63,987 bases of DNA, filler included, from Octopus bimaculoides (GCF_001194135.2; 3 parts of 3 records of this genome joined end to end with filler, not necessarily neighbours in it), one strand, 5' to 3'; shown: positions 26,792 to 39,078, numbered from the whole stretch's first letter. The notes: generated by a model not told the origin, from the letters alone. Made by a program: numbers and translations.

Positions 26792-27323
26792 CTCTTTGTC
26801 TTTCTTTTTTTAAACTTTTTTAATGTTAAAAAAATAACAACAACAATAATAATAATAATAATAATAATAATGATGGACTAAAGGAAAAACAACAATGGCT
26901 CGACAAAAAAATAACAACAATGATAGGAACAGCAACAACAACAACAACAAAATCGAGAACCACAAACAAAACAAAAATAATAATAAAAGAAGCAAAAATA
27001 AAAATAAAAGCAACAACATAAAACGAAATATAGAACAGTTGATAAGAGATAAAATATTTCATTGCTTTGATTATTTATTTATTTATCTATTTATTTATTT
27101 ATTTCGCTTTCAGGTTTGTTTGGTAATATTCTCTACTTTTACCAAATTTCTTCCTCTCCCCTCCACCGCCACCCCTACTTTACCAACCCCCATCTGACCA
27201 AAAAGTCTCTCTTACTGTTTATTCAGACGTAATCAAATTAATGGAGTCCAGTTTGCCATTTCATTTCATTGTTGTTGTTATTATAGTAGTTTTATTTTAT
27301 TATATACGTGTGGGTATACATAC

Positions 27324-27374
<51 letters not shown>

Positions 27375-28255
27375 CATATACAAACACACACACACATATA
27401 CATAAGCACATGTATATGATATATACATATGTACACACACACACACATATATACACATATATATGTATATATATAGATATGTACTTATACATATTTATAT
27501 ATACAAATATATATGTGTATGTATATATATGTATATGTATGTATATATATATACATGTATATGTATGTGTATATGTATATATTTGTGTATACATATATAT
27601 ATGTATGTATATTTAAAATATAATGCATCTGTCTTATTTCTATATAGTTTGAACATTTTCTTCTTCTTCTTCTTCTTTTGCTTCTTCTTCTTCATCCTTC
27701 TTCTTGTTCTTCTTCTTGTTCCCCTCCTCCTCCTCCTGTCTTGGCAATTGTATCTGTGTCTATCCTTTTGCTGGTCCGACATCATCTTCTTCATCTCCTC
27801 CTCCTCCACCACCTCCACCACCACTACTGCTGCTGTCGCCGCCGTCATCCTATCGCTCCTTCTCTCTCCTTCCTTCATCTAACAAACCCAAAGTCAAAAC
27901 CCAAAAAAACCCCCCACAGCTATATGACAATGTGTTTATATCTTGTGTAGTTCTTCCTTTCATTCTCTATGAAATCTGCAGCATCACATAGCTGCACCAC
28001 ATCCACACACTCAACACAAAGGACTTGTGGAATCAATAGTTCAGCTATGCTGACTTTTCTCTTCAAAGTTTTATGCATTTCACTTTTCTTGTATCTCCCC
28101 CCCCCCCTTGTGTGTCTTAGTAAAAAAAGCATCTTTCGTTCATGGTTTTCTTTACAGCATTTCACTCACCCGACCCCTCATAGATCTCTCTTTCTTCCTT
28201 TCTGTCTCTGTCTGTCTGTCTCTCGCTCTCTATTACTCTGTGTGTGTGTGTGTGT

Positions 28256-28355
28256 NNNNNNNNNNNNNNNNNNNNNNNNNNNNNNNNNNNNNNNNNNNNT
28301 TAATTAATTAANNNNNNNNNNNNNNNNNNNNNNNNNNNNNNNNNNNNNNNNNNNN
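28256..28355. other. Artificial join spacer N44-TTAATTAATTAA-N44
   Basis: Exactly 100 nt; the 12-mer has stop codons in all six frames; identical structure at 36974-37073. Confidence 0.93.
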
Positions 28356-29889
28356 AAATACCAAAATTAGGCCGAACATTAACAAATCAGAGATATCTGC
28401 ACTTAAACGCATACAAAACGATGAAACAATAATAATTAAACAAGCAGATAAAGGGGGTGCAATCGTTATCATGGATGTGGAATACTACAAGGATTTGGTT
28501 GAGGACCAACTGAAGGATACAACCTTCTATTGTGAAATACCCTCGAACATAGACCACCACATCATGAAGAAGATCAACCACCTGGTTTCTAAACATTACA
28601 ACTCACTCACTGACAATAGAAGAGAATACATCACCAATTTTGAGCCAAAACCCAGTAACTTTTACGGCTTACCAAAAATACATAAGTCAGAAGATATTCA
28701 ACAGGCAGTGAAAGAACAAGGAAGTGAATACATAAAAGTGCTATATCCAAAAGACTTAAAACTTAGACCAATTATAGCTGGCCCAGCATGCCCTACCCTC
28801 CGTCTAAGCAATTTCATCGACATTATTTTGAAACCACCCAGCTCCATTCAGGATGACATTGCTTTCCTGTCCCATCTTCCCAAAACAACTGAAACAAACT
28901 CAATCCTACTGAGCATTGATATGGTAAGCCTTTACACCAATATCCCACATGATTTACGAATAAAGGCGATTAAATACTGGGGAGATAAACATAGAGAAGC
29001 AATTCCCAACAGATTCCCAGCGACATTTATATTAGACTCGGTCAGACTTATTCTGGAAAACAACACTTTCTTCTTCAATGGAAAGAACAACATCCAAATT
29101 AAAGGCACAGCCATGGGAACGAGGTTTGCTCCCATTTACGCGAACTCGGTGATGGGATACTTAGAACAAAAACTCTACCAGGAAAAAATAGAGGAGAGAT
29201 ACAGCACTGAATTTAGGAAGTATATTGAAAAGGCATGGAAGAGATACCTCGATAATCTGGACAAAATCTCAAAACACTGTGGAAGAATTCAATATCCTTC
29301 TGAACAACCTACACCCATCCATCTAATTTACAAAGGAGATGAGCAGTACCAAATTACCATTCCTAGATATAATGGTAATTAAAAAGAACACCGCCATTAC
29401 TACAGATATATATTATAAACACACAGATACACATCAATACCTGAATTTTAAATCGTGCCTTCCACCGTATACAAAACGTAACATCCCATACTGCTTACTG
29501 CTTAGCCAGAAGAATCTGTACCATTGTAGAAGATTTGAAGATCAGGAATCAGCGCCTGATGGAAATGAAAGAATTTCTGGTCAAGAAAAAGTACCCGTCA
29601 CTACTTATAGAAAATGGTATTCAGCAGGCTATGAAAATACCCACACAGCCACTGAGGACAACACAAAGAAGAGAAAAGCAAGAACAAATCATAGCATTTA
29701 TAGTGACGCACAATCCATGCCACCAGAACATCTTCAATATCGCTAAAGCAAACTTACCAATCCTTGCACAAAGTAAGGAATTAAGAGATATCATTACAGA
29801 CTGTCTAAATGCAAGGATAGCCAATGCGTTACATGCCAATTAATTCATACCAGCCCATATATGAACACAAAAATGAGGAAAATATTCAC

Positions 29890-30190
29890 AAATGCAAATA
29901 TGAACTGCAAAAGCAGAAATTTAATGTACTGCAGCAAATACCCGAATTGTGAAGAACTGTATGTTGGCCAGACAGGCAATGCACTATCAGAACGCTCATG
30001 TGTTCACCGATAACAAGTTAAAAATCGAGAAGTTCACCAAATACCGCTGAGTAACCACCTAGCAGCATGTGGCCAGGAAATATTTATAATATTTCCATTT
30101 CATAAACTATACAATCCGAATGAAATCGAGAGAAAACTGAGAGAAAAGGACTTTATTAATAAATTCAAACCCAAGCTTAATAAACAATGA
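29890..30190 (+). pseudogene. GIY-YIG endonuclease domain of the Penelope-like element
   Basis: NMNCKSRNLMYCSKYPNCEELYVGQTGNALSERSCVHR* ... REKDFINKFKPKLNKQ*; one internal stop codon. Confidence 0.88.
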
Positions 30191-30426
30191 TAAAAAATAA
30201 TCTTATTTAAGGTTTAAAAATCTTATCCCCATATCTAAAAAATAAAAATCTCTAAAAAGTATTGCTGTTATCATTTCTAAAAATAAACACTGAAAAATGG
30301 TATGGCATCATTTCTAAAAATAGCCTAGCAATTACTACTTCTATCCACAGGAATGTATATAAAGGACAAAATTTAACCAGTCAACCACAGTTGAAACCAA
30401 TGAATACAATTGTCACCACCACCATA

Positions 30427-30469
30427 TGAACCTGAAGATTGCATAAATGCAAGAAAGTATACTAGTTCA
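30427..30469 (+). ncRNA. Minimal type I hammerhead ribozyme
   Basis: Stem I TGAAC/GTTCA, core CTGAAGA (30432-38), stem II TTGCAT-AA-ATGCAA, GAAA (30453-56), palindromic stem III AGTATACT, cleavage triplet CUA ending at 30464; about 240 nt past the Penelope stop codon. Confidence 0.82.
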
Positions 30470-30629
30470 ATAAGAATGGACATTTAATATTTCATTTGTG
30501 CAATAAGAATAGACACTTAATACGTCATTTCATTTCTTTTTACTATATTATTTTATATCTTATATTAATATTATAAGATGATAAATAAAACGTGAAAAAC
30601 AGACAGATTTGGAATTCCTTTGAGTAATG

Positions 30630-30672
<43 letters not shown>

Positions 30673-31360
30673 TAAAAGAAGGAAAATNNNNNNNNNNNNN
30701 NNNNNNNNNNNNNNNNNNNNNNNNNNNNNNNNNNNNNNNNNNNNNNNNNNNNNNNNNNNNNNNNNNNNNNNNNNNNNNNNNNNNNNNNNNNNNNNNNNNN
30801 NNNNNNNNNNNNNNNNNNNNNNNNNNNNNNNNNNNNNNNNNNNNNNNNNNNNNNNNNNNNNNNNNNNNNNNNNNNNNNNNNNNNNNNNNNNNNNNNNNNN
30901 NNNNNNNNNNNNNNNNNNNNNNNNNNNNNNNNNNNNNNNNNNNNNNNNNNNNNNNNNNNNNNNNNNNNNNNNNNNNNNNNNNNNNNNNNNNNNNNNNNNN
31001 NNNNNNNNNNNNNNNNNNNNNNNNNNNNNNNNNNNNNNNNNNNNNNNNNNNNNNNNNNNNNNNNNNNNNNNNNNNNNNNNNNNNNNNNNNNNNNNNNNNN
31101 NNNNNNNNNNNNNNNNNNNNNNNNNNNNNNNNNNNNNNNNNNNNNNNNNNNNNNNNNNNNNNNNNNNNNNNNNNNNNNNNNNNNNNNNNNNNNNNNNNNN
31201 NNNNNNNNNNNNNNNNNNNNNNNNNNNNNNNNNNNNNNNNNNNNNNNNNNNNNNNNNNNNNNNNNNNNNNNNNNNNNNNNNNNNNNNNNNNNNNNNNNNN
31301 NNNNNNNNNNNNNNNNNNNNNNNNNNNNNNNNNNNNNNNNNNNNNTATATATATATATAT

Positions 31361-32109
31361 GAGTGTATAAAGATATATACATAGAGAGAAGACCCCTGAC
31401 AGGACTTCTCTTACATGCTAAAAAGGGCAGTTAAACCCAAACCACGAAAAACAATAATTCCAAAGGCACCCCAATACTGGCACTTGAATGAAAAAATTTA
31501 TTATAAGTCTTGAGTTTTCCTATTAATGAGCAAATATATTAATTTGTCATCCATAATTCGTCAGTGGGATCACTAAAACAATGGATGATTATGTAGCTTA
31601 GTATTTACTGAAAAAACACATGTGTGAGTTGCATCTTTATACATTATGGATTCAAATCAAGCACGCAAGTGCATTCACATAGCCAGCAGCAAATAATAAA
31701 TTTTAAAACTGCAAACTATATGGCCTTAGAACTAGGAACATTTTACTGTGTAAATTATAAGGGTAGAAACATTAGAATAATTTATTACCAGTGGTTCGTA
31801 TGTATAACAAAAATCATAAGACAACATATTTTCATATATAAGAGTGTATAAATCTTTAGACACAGAGAGAAGACCCCTGACAGGACTTCTTACATGCTAA
31901 AAAGGGTAGTTAAACCCAAACCATGAAAAACAATAATTCCAAAGGCACTTGGGTATGGGATTAATAATTTTTTTCATTCAAGTGCCATTATGAATCATCA
32001 TGGTGCCTTTGGAATTATTGTTTTCTGTGGTTTGGGTTTAACTGTCCTTTTTAGTATGTAAGAAATCCTGTCAGGAATCTTCTCTCTGTGTATAAATCTT
32101 TATACACTC
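31361..32109. repeat. Three copies (+,+,-) of a 110-150 bp unit forming a long inverted repeat
   Basis: Copies at 31361-31500, 31842-31948 and reverse 31962-32109; flanked by (TA)n and gaps. Confidence 0.85.
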
Positions 32110-32915
32110 TTATATATANNNNNNNNNNNNNNNNNNNNNNNNNNNNNNNNNNNNNNNNNNNNNNNNNNNNNNNNNNNNNNNNNNNNNNNNNNNNNNNNNN
32201 NNNNNNNNNNNNNNNNNNNNNNNNNNNNNNNNNNNNNNNNNNNNNNNNNNNNNNNNNNNNNNNNNNNNNNNNNNNNNNNNNNNNNNNNNNNNNNNNNNNN
32301 NNNNNNNNNNNNNNNNNNNNNNNNNNNNNNNNNNNNNNNNNNNNNNNNNNNNNNNNNNNNNNNNNNNNNNNNNNNNNNNNNNNNNNNNNNNNNNNNNNNN
32401 NNNNNNNNNNNNNNNNNNNNNNNNNNNNNNNNNNNNNNNNNNNNNNNNNNNNNNNNNNNNNNNNNNNNNNNNNNNNNNNNNNNNNNNNNNNNNNNNNNNN
32501 NNNNNNNNNNNNNNNNNNNNNNNNNNNNNNNNNNNNNNNNNNNNNNNNNNNNNNNNNNNNNNNNNNNNNNNNNNNNNNNNNNNNNNNNNNNNNNNNNNNN
32601 NNNNNNNNNNNNNNNNNNNNNNNNNNNNNNNNNNNNNNNNNNNNNNNNNNNNNNNNNNNNNNNNNNNNNNNNNNNNNNNNNNNNNNNNNNNNNNNNNNNN
32701 NNNNNNNNNNNNNNNNNNNNNNNNNNNNNNNNNNNNNNNNNNNNNNNNNNNNNNNNNNNNNNNNNNNNNNNNNNNNNNNNNNNNNNNNNNNNNNNNNNNN
32801 NNNNNNNNNNNNNNNNNNNNNNNNNNNNNNNNNNNNNNNNNNNNNNNNNNNNNNNNNNNNNNNNNNNNNNNNNNNNNNNNNNNNNNNNNNNNNNNNNNNN
32901 NNNNNNNNNNNNNNN

Positions 32916-33365
32916 GCTATCTGGGTGACCAAGTTAGTAGTGGGGGTGGGTGCGCTGAAAGTGTAGCTGCTAGAATAAGAATAGCCTGGGCAAAGTTCAG
33001 AGAGCTCTTACCTCTGCTGGTGACAAAAGGCCTCTCACTCAGAGTAAAAGGCAGACTGTATGACGCATGTGTATGAACAGCCATGCTACATGGCAGTGAA
33101 ACATGGGCCTTGACTGCTGAGGACATGCGTAAGCTCGTAAGGAATGAAGCCAGTATGCTCCGTTGGATGTGTAATGTCAATGTGAATACCCGTCAGAGTG
33201 TAAGTATCTTGAGAGAAAAGCTGAACATTAGAAGCATCAGTTGTGGTGTGAAAGAGAGACAATTGCGTTGGTATGGTCATTTGGCGAGAATGGATGAGGA
33301 TAACTGTGTGAGCCCGTTGAGGGAACCCGTGGAAGAGGCAGGCCCAGGAAGACCTGGGATGAGGT
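32916..33365 (+). mobile_element. RTE-clade LINE fragment (RT C-terminal part)
   Basis: YLGDQVSSGGGCAESVAARIRIAWAKFRELLPLL...MLHGSETWA...LRWYGHLARM; bounded by gaps on both sides. Confidence 0.92.
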
Positions 33366-33821
33366 NNNNNNNNNNNNNNNNNNNNNNNNNNNNNNNNNNN
33401 NNNNNNNNNNNNNNNNNNNNNNNNNNNNNNNNNNNNNNNNNNNNNNNNNNNNNNNNNNNNNNNNNATATATATATATATATATACATAATATATATATGT
33501 ATATATATATGTATGCCTGTATATATGTGAGATAAAAGTTTCACTTTAATAGTTTCAGTATTAATAGTGAAACTATTGAAGTGAAAGTATCTGACATTAC
33601 AATAGGGAGATGTTGCTTCACTTTTGACACTTAATACTAATACTGAAATAGTGTAAGAGATAAGAGATTGCTCTGGGCTCGCATTAGGCAAGAAGTAACA
33701 AATGTTTTTGGCCTATGACAGCACATGGACCCTAATAAGGCATGTATAAAATTTGAATGAAATTTGTTGTGTAGTTCATGAGTTTTAGGGATTCACACAG
33801 ACAGACACACATTCTCATCTT

Positions 33822-33872
<51 letters not shown>

Positions 33873-34581
33873 CTGACGTGACTCTTTCTATCTTTGTATC
33901 TATCTCCCCCTCTCATTCTTCCTTCTACTGTTCTTCGCCTCTTCCCGTCACTACTATCTCTCTCTCTCTCTATCTCGTTGCTCACTTATATTCTACTTCC
34001 TCCACTTTTTCTCCCTCTACCACTCTTTCTCCTTACCCATCACTGGTCACATGTGTCCAGCTGCTAATTCTTTTCATCCTTGGTCACCCCAAGCTTCGCA
34101 TGTACATCTTCGCCTTTCCAGTTTGTGCTTCACAGCATTCAATATACACATACTTCTCCACGTCTGGCTGTATAGCCTTTTGTGTTTGTTTATTTCACCA
34201 TTTCGTTTTCCTGTCTTGTTTTCCGTCCGCCAGTATCCTCCATGGAACAAATTTAATTTATGTCCTTGGGAAGAGCCATTTTAACGATGCATCCTGCCCT
34301 AACTCTTAGAAACGCCAGTGTTTTAATAGTGGCAGCTGATGAAGGATATGTTCTCTATGTGGCCTACGTGTTTTTTGTACCTTGTTTATCATTTTGTCCA
34401 TGTTTTTTTGCAACGTCATGTACCCAGATATGTATCTATATGTACATGTAGATGAAGGTATGTACATACATGTACACGTATATGCATATACTCATATATT
34501 ATTTATATATATAAATATATATAAATGAGTGTTCATCTTGACAGATTATAGCGGTCCCATCAACACACACACCACACCCCA

Positions 34582-35136
34582 TCACACAGTACAATCATTC
34601 CGTTGATGAGCCCTTAGATGACTCTTAAGACCAGCTGCTGACTGACAGAGTTTAAAACACAAGTTACAGATATTATTTAAGTTTCTTCTATATCTTTGCC
34701 CTTTGGAATCTGATTCTAAAGGAATATTTTTGTGAACTAACATATGTCTTTTAAATCCAGATATTGTCTTACAAGTTTTTTGACATATGACACAAGTTGT
34801 AAGAGGTGATTGGTGTCCAAGATCATTACCTATCTGGGCAATACGATTTTCATGTGACTTCATGTGGTTCACGTATCCTGTTTTTGACAAAGAACACAGT
34901 CGCATATAATACATATCCAATGTTCACTGTTGATTACAGTTCCAATTGTTCCTTTACAACAGATCCTTTTAAGTTCAGAGTGCTGAATCATCTTTTCCTC
35001 CCAGGCATTACAACCAGTCCTAACAGCACCTCCCCCACTTGTTCCGATCTAGAGCATCATTTTCCCAATCACTTTTGTTCATATCTAGTTTCTTCGGGTT
35101 TTCCTTCACACAGTCTTTATACCTTTTCCTCGGCTT
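34582..35136 (-). mobile_element. LINE (RTE/BovB-like) ORF C-terminus with three C2H2 zinc fingers
   Basis: KPRKRYKDCVKEN...DWENDALDRNKW, then CIIC(fs)...YVNHMKSH, CVICQKTCKTISGFKRHMLVH, CNLCFKLCQSAAGLKSHLRAH; one frameshift near 34895. Confidence 0.8.
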
Positions 35137-35924
35137 ATGTTGTGATCACTTACACACAGATATATATACATATACATATACATATACAATATGTATTTTG
35201 AGCCCATTTTTCTATTTAAGGTTTTCTTCGATATTTTTTTAAAATAGGATGAATCTATAATAAATTCATTTGTTTTGTTCATTACGCATCCATGACCGTT
35301 ATTTGAAACGACCAATCAAACAGATCCATGTGTTTTAAATTTTATATCANNNNNNNNNNNNNNNNNNNNNNNNNNNNNNNNNNNNNNNNNNNNNNNNNNN
35401 NNNNNNNNNNNNNNNNNNNNNNNNNNNNNNNNNNNNNNNNNNNNNNNNNNNNNNNNNNNNNNNNNNNNNNNNNNNNNNNNNNNNNNNNNNNNNNNNNNNN
35501 NNNNNNNNNNNNNNNNNNNNNNNNNNNNNNNNNNNNNNNNNNNNNNNNNNNNNNNNNNNNNNNNNNNNNNNNNNNNNNNNNNNNNNNNNNNNNNNNNNNN
35601 NNNNNNNNNNNNNNNNNNNNNNNNNNNNNNNNNNNNNNNNNNNNNNNNNNNNNNNNNNNNNNNNNNNNNNNNNNNNNNNNNNNNNNNNNNNNNNNNNNNN
35701 NNNNNNNNNNNNNNNNNNNNNNNNNNNNNNNNNNNNNNNNNNNNNNNNNNNNNNNNNNNNNNNNNNNNNNNNNNNNNNNNNNNNNNNNNNNNNNNNNNNN
35801 NNNNNNNNNNNNNNNNNNNNNNNNNNNNNNNNNNNNNNNNNNNNNNNNNNNNNNNNATGACAAGTTGATTCTTGGCCTTTAAAAATGGCAAAACCAGGTA
35901 GCTATTTAAGGTGGGGCATTCATC

Positions 35925-36965
35925 ATCGTCATCATCATCATCGTTTAACGTCCGCTTTCCATGCTAGCATGGGTTGGACGATTTGACTGAGGACTGGTGA
36001 AACCAGATGGCTACACCAGGCTCCAATCTGATTTGGCAGAGTTTCTACAGCTGGATGTCCTTCCTAACGCCAATCACTCCGAGAGTGTAGTAGGTGCTTT
36101 TACGTGCCACCGGCACGAAGGCCAGTCAGGCGGTACTGGCAACGGCCATTCTCAAAGTGGTGTATTTTATGTGCCACCTGCACAGGAGCCAGTCCGGCAG
36201 CACTGGCAACGATCTCGCTCGAATGTCTTTACACGTGCCATCTGGCACAGGTGCCAGGAAGGCAATGCTGGTCACAGGTGCCATTGACGGTTTCGCTTTC
36301 GCTTGCCACAATAAGTCTTTGCAAGCAGAGTTTCGTTTCCAATGAAGGAGACGACGTTGGCATGGGTACTATGTCGAGTATGCACACTGACATAACACAT
36401 CCATCGGAGCATACTGGCTTCATTCCTTGTGAGCCTACATATGTCCTCAGCAGTCACGGCCTATGTTTCACTGCCATGAAGCATGGCTGTTCGTACACAT
36501 GCATCATACAATCTGCCTTTTACTCTGAGAGAGAGACCCTTTGTCGCCAGCAGAGGTAAGAGCTCTCTGAACTTTGCGCAGGCTATTCTTATTCTAGCAG
36601 CTACGCTTTCAGTGCACCCACCCCCACAACTAATTTGGTCACCCAGATAGCGGAAACTATCAACCACTTCTAGTTTTTCTTCCTGGAATGTGGCAGAAGT
36701 TGTTCTCTGCACATTCACAGTGTTTATAGCTCCTGAACATCTGCTACAAATGAAAACTAACTTCCTAGTTAACCTTCCTTTCATATTGCTGCACCTCTTA
36801 TGTGTCCATAGTTAGCTTGCACTGGGTGCATCTTATAGAGTTACTACCCACGCTTTTCTACAGATCGAGCAGGGCCATCTACCTGAAGGGGTTTGTGTTT
36901 TGTCTGCTTTCCTACTTATTAGGACTTTGGTTTTAGCTAGGTTGACTCTAAGGCCCTTCAAAGCT
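35925..36965 (-). mobile_element. RTE-clade LINE 3' portion (RT C-terminus, internal deletion, 3' UTR, (GAT)n tail)
   Basis: PSGRWPCSIC...VFICSRC...LEVVDSFRYLGDQISCGGG...LHGSET, then the 3' UTR that occurs as a dispersed repeat across the window. Confidence 0.92.
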
Positions 36966-36973
36966 TCTAATAT

Positions 36974-37073
36974 NNNNNNNNNNNNNNNNNNNNNNNNNNN
37001 NNNNNNNNNNNNNNNNNTTAATTAATTAANNNNNNNNNNNNNNNNNNNNNNNNNNNNNNNNNNNNNNNNNNNN
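36974..37073. other. Artificial join spacer N44-TTAATTAATTAA-N44
   Basis: Identical to 28256-28355. Confidence 0.93.
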
Positions 37074-37132
<59 letters not shown>

Positions 37133-39078
37133 ACATGTGTACATATACACCACACAAGCAAACTGACAGATAGATAGGTTGACAGACAGAAAATATAATG
37201 TTGTGTATGATAAATAACTAGTGCGATTTAATCCTTTAAAATCTGCAATGTTACAGCTCTATCATTCACAACAGAGCTATTTCTAATTCATTGATAAGAT
37301 TTTTGTAAACCAGTACAGCATACAATACCACCAGCAACTCTTCATCCCACATTTTAACCTGACACACTTTTTATTTACATTATTTACATTTGACAGATAT
37401 TTATATATATATATAGATATAGAACTACACTTTTTTATTGTTTTCATTTGACAACTCTAAGTGGGTAATCTGGACGTGGCCCTTGATCCATAATCTAGCA
37501 TCATCATCATCATCATTTAACGTCCGTTTTTTCATGCTGGCATAGGTTGGACAGTTTGACTGAAAACTAGTAAGCTTGGGAGCTTCACCATTTTCCAATC
37601 TGATGTTGCATGGTTTCTACAGCTGGATGCCATTCCTAATGCCAACCACTCCAAGAGTATAGCAGGTGCTTCTTATGTGCCACTGGCACAGGTGTTAGTT
37701 ATGTGACACTGGCATCAGCCATGACTATGATCTCACTCGGTTTTACGGGTCTTCTCAAGCACAGCATATCTCCAAAGGTCTCGGTTAGGTTACTTGTCAC
37801 AACCTCCGTGAGGCCCAACGTTCATGTGCCACTAGCATGAGTGCCAGTTCTGCAACACTGGCATCAACCACAACCGCGATCTTACTTGGCTTGATGGGTC
37901 GTCTCAAGAACGGCATATATTCAAGGGTGCTTTTTACATGCCAGTTAGGTGGCACAGGCATCAGCCATGACTACAATAACACTTGGCTTGATGGGTCTCC
38001 TTCTCAAGCTCAGCATATCACCCAACGTTCGTATTCGCCAGTTACACAACACTGGCATCAGCCATAGCTGCAGTTTCATCATTCGTTTAACGTCCGCTTT
38101 CCATGCTGGCATGGGTTGGACGGTTTGACTGAGGGCTGCCGAGCCAGAAGGCTGCACCAGGCTCTGGTCTGATCTGGCAAAGTTTCTACAGGTAGATGCC
38201 CTTCCTAATGCCAACCACTCCGAGAGTATAGTGGGTGCTTTTTACGTGCACCGGCATGAGGGCCAGTCAGGCAGTACCAGCATCGACTATGCTCAAATGA
38301 TGCTTTTTATGTGCCACCAGCACAGGAGCTGGTCAGGCAGTACTGGCATCAACCACACTCGAAGGGTACTTTTTACGTGCCGGTCAGGCGGTACTGGCAC
38401 CAACCATGCTCGAATGGTGCTTTTTACATGCCACTGGCACAGGAACCATAAAGGCAGCACTGGCAACGATCATGCTCAAATGATGTCAATTAAATCCTAT
38501 CCCTTTTTTATACCCCTGCCCCTTTTTCAAGCTCTGGGAGCTTGAAAAACACAAACTAGAAAAGTAAACAATTTATATTGAATGTTTTCTGTCCCCTATA
38601 TGATAAATGGAAAGTCCTCTTGTTGTTGTTGCTGCTGTCATTGTTATGTCTGCTCACCCCAATACTTGGGTTTTGGTATACCTTTGTCAGTTGATGACCT
38701 TTTGACCCTGTATAAATTTCTTTGCATAATATAATCTGTGGCCTAGTGGTTAGGCTGCCAAACTCACAATTTCTAGATTGGGGGTTCGATTCTCAGACCC
38801 GGCAGCATATTGTATTCTTGAGCAAAACACTTCATATCACTTTGTCCCAGTTCCCCTTTTGACCAGCAGGAATTTGGGCCTGCTCACCTTTCTAACCAGC
38901 AGGATGATGCTATTTGAAGGCTAAAACAATGCAAAATGCATTGTGGCCAGGGAATTGTAACCGTACCTGATAGTCTGATTGGTCATGTGATCATGTGAAT
39001 ATAGTCTTTCGATTTTCCTTTTTTTTTTTTTTTTAAACCTTACTATCTCTGTCAGGCTTGTTATTTTTACCAGACTTG

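Larger units (their letters stand above)
28356..30480 (+). mobile_element. Penelope-like retroelement, decayed (RT + GIY-YIG endonuclease + 3' hammerhead)
   Basis: Frame open from the gap at 28357: IIIKQADKGGAIVIMD, NFYGLPKIHK, LRPIIAG, SIDMVSLYTNIPH, GTAMGTRFAP, WKRYLDN (YLDD degraded), KLPFLDIMV, YYKHTDTHQYLNFKSC; several frameshifts. Confidence 0.95.

Noticed and set aside
27495-27991. Overlapping Pro/Ser-rich and Arg/Lys/Glu-rich ORFs
   Set aside because: Built from (CTT)n, (CCT)n and (CCA)n runs with no credible splice chain.
35887-35912. ATG GCA AAA CCA G|gtagc as DECR1 first exon
   Set aside because: Candidate donors are phase 1 or 2 while the next exon needs phase 0, and an artificial join lies between them.
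35986-36006. CTGAGGA...GAAA in the RTE 3' UTR as a hammerhead
   Set aside because: No stem II between the boxes; CTGGT pairs with ACCAG across the GAA instead.
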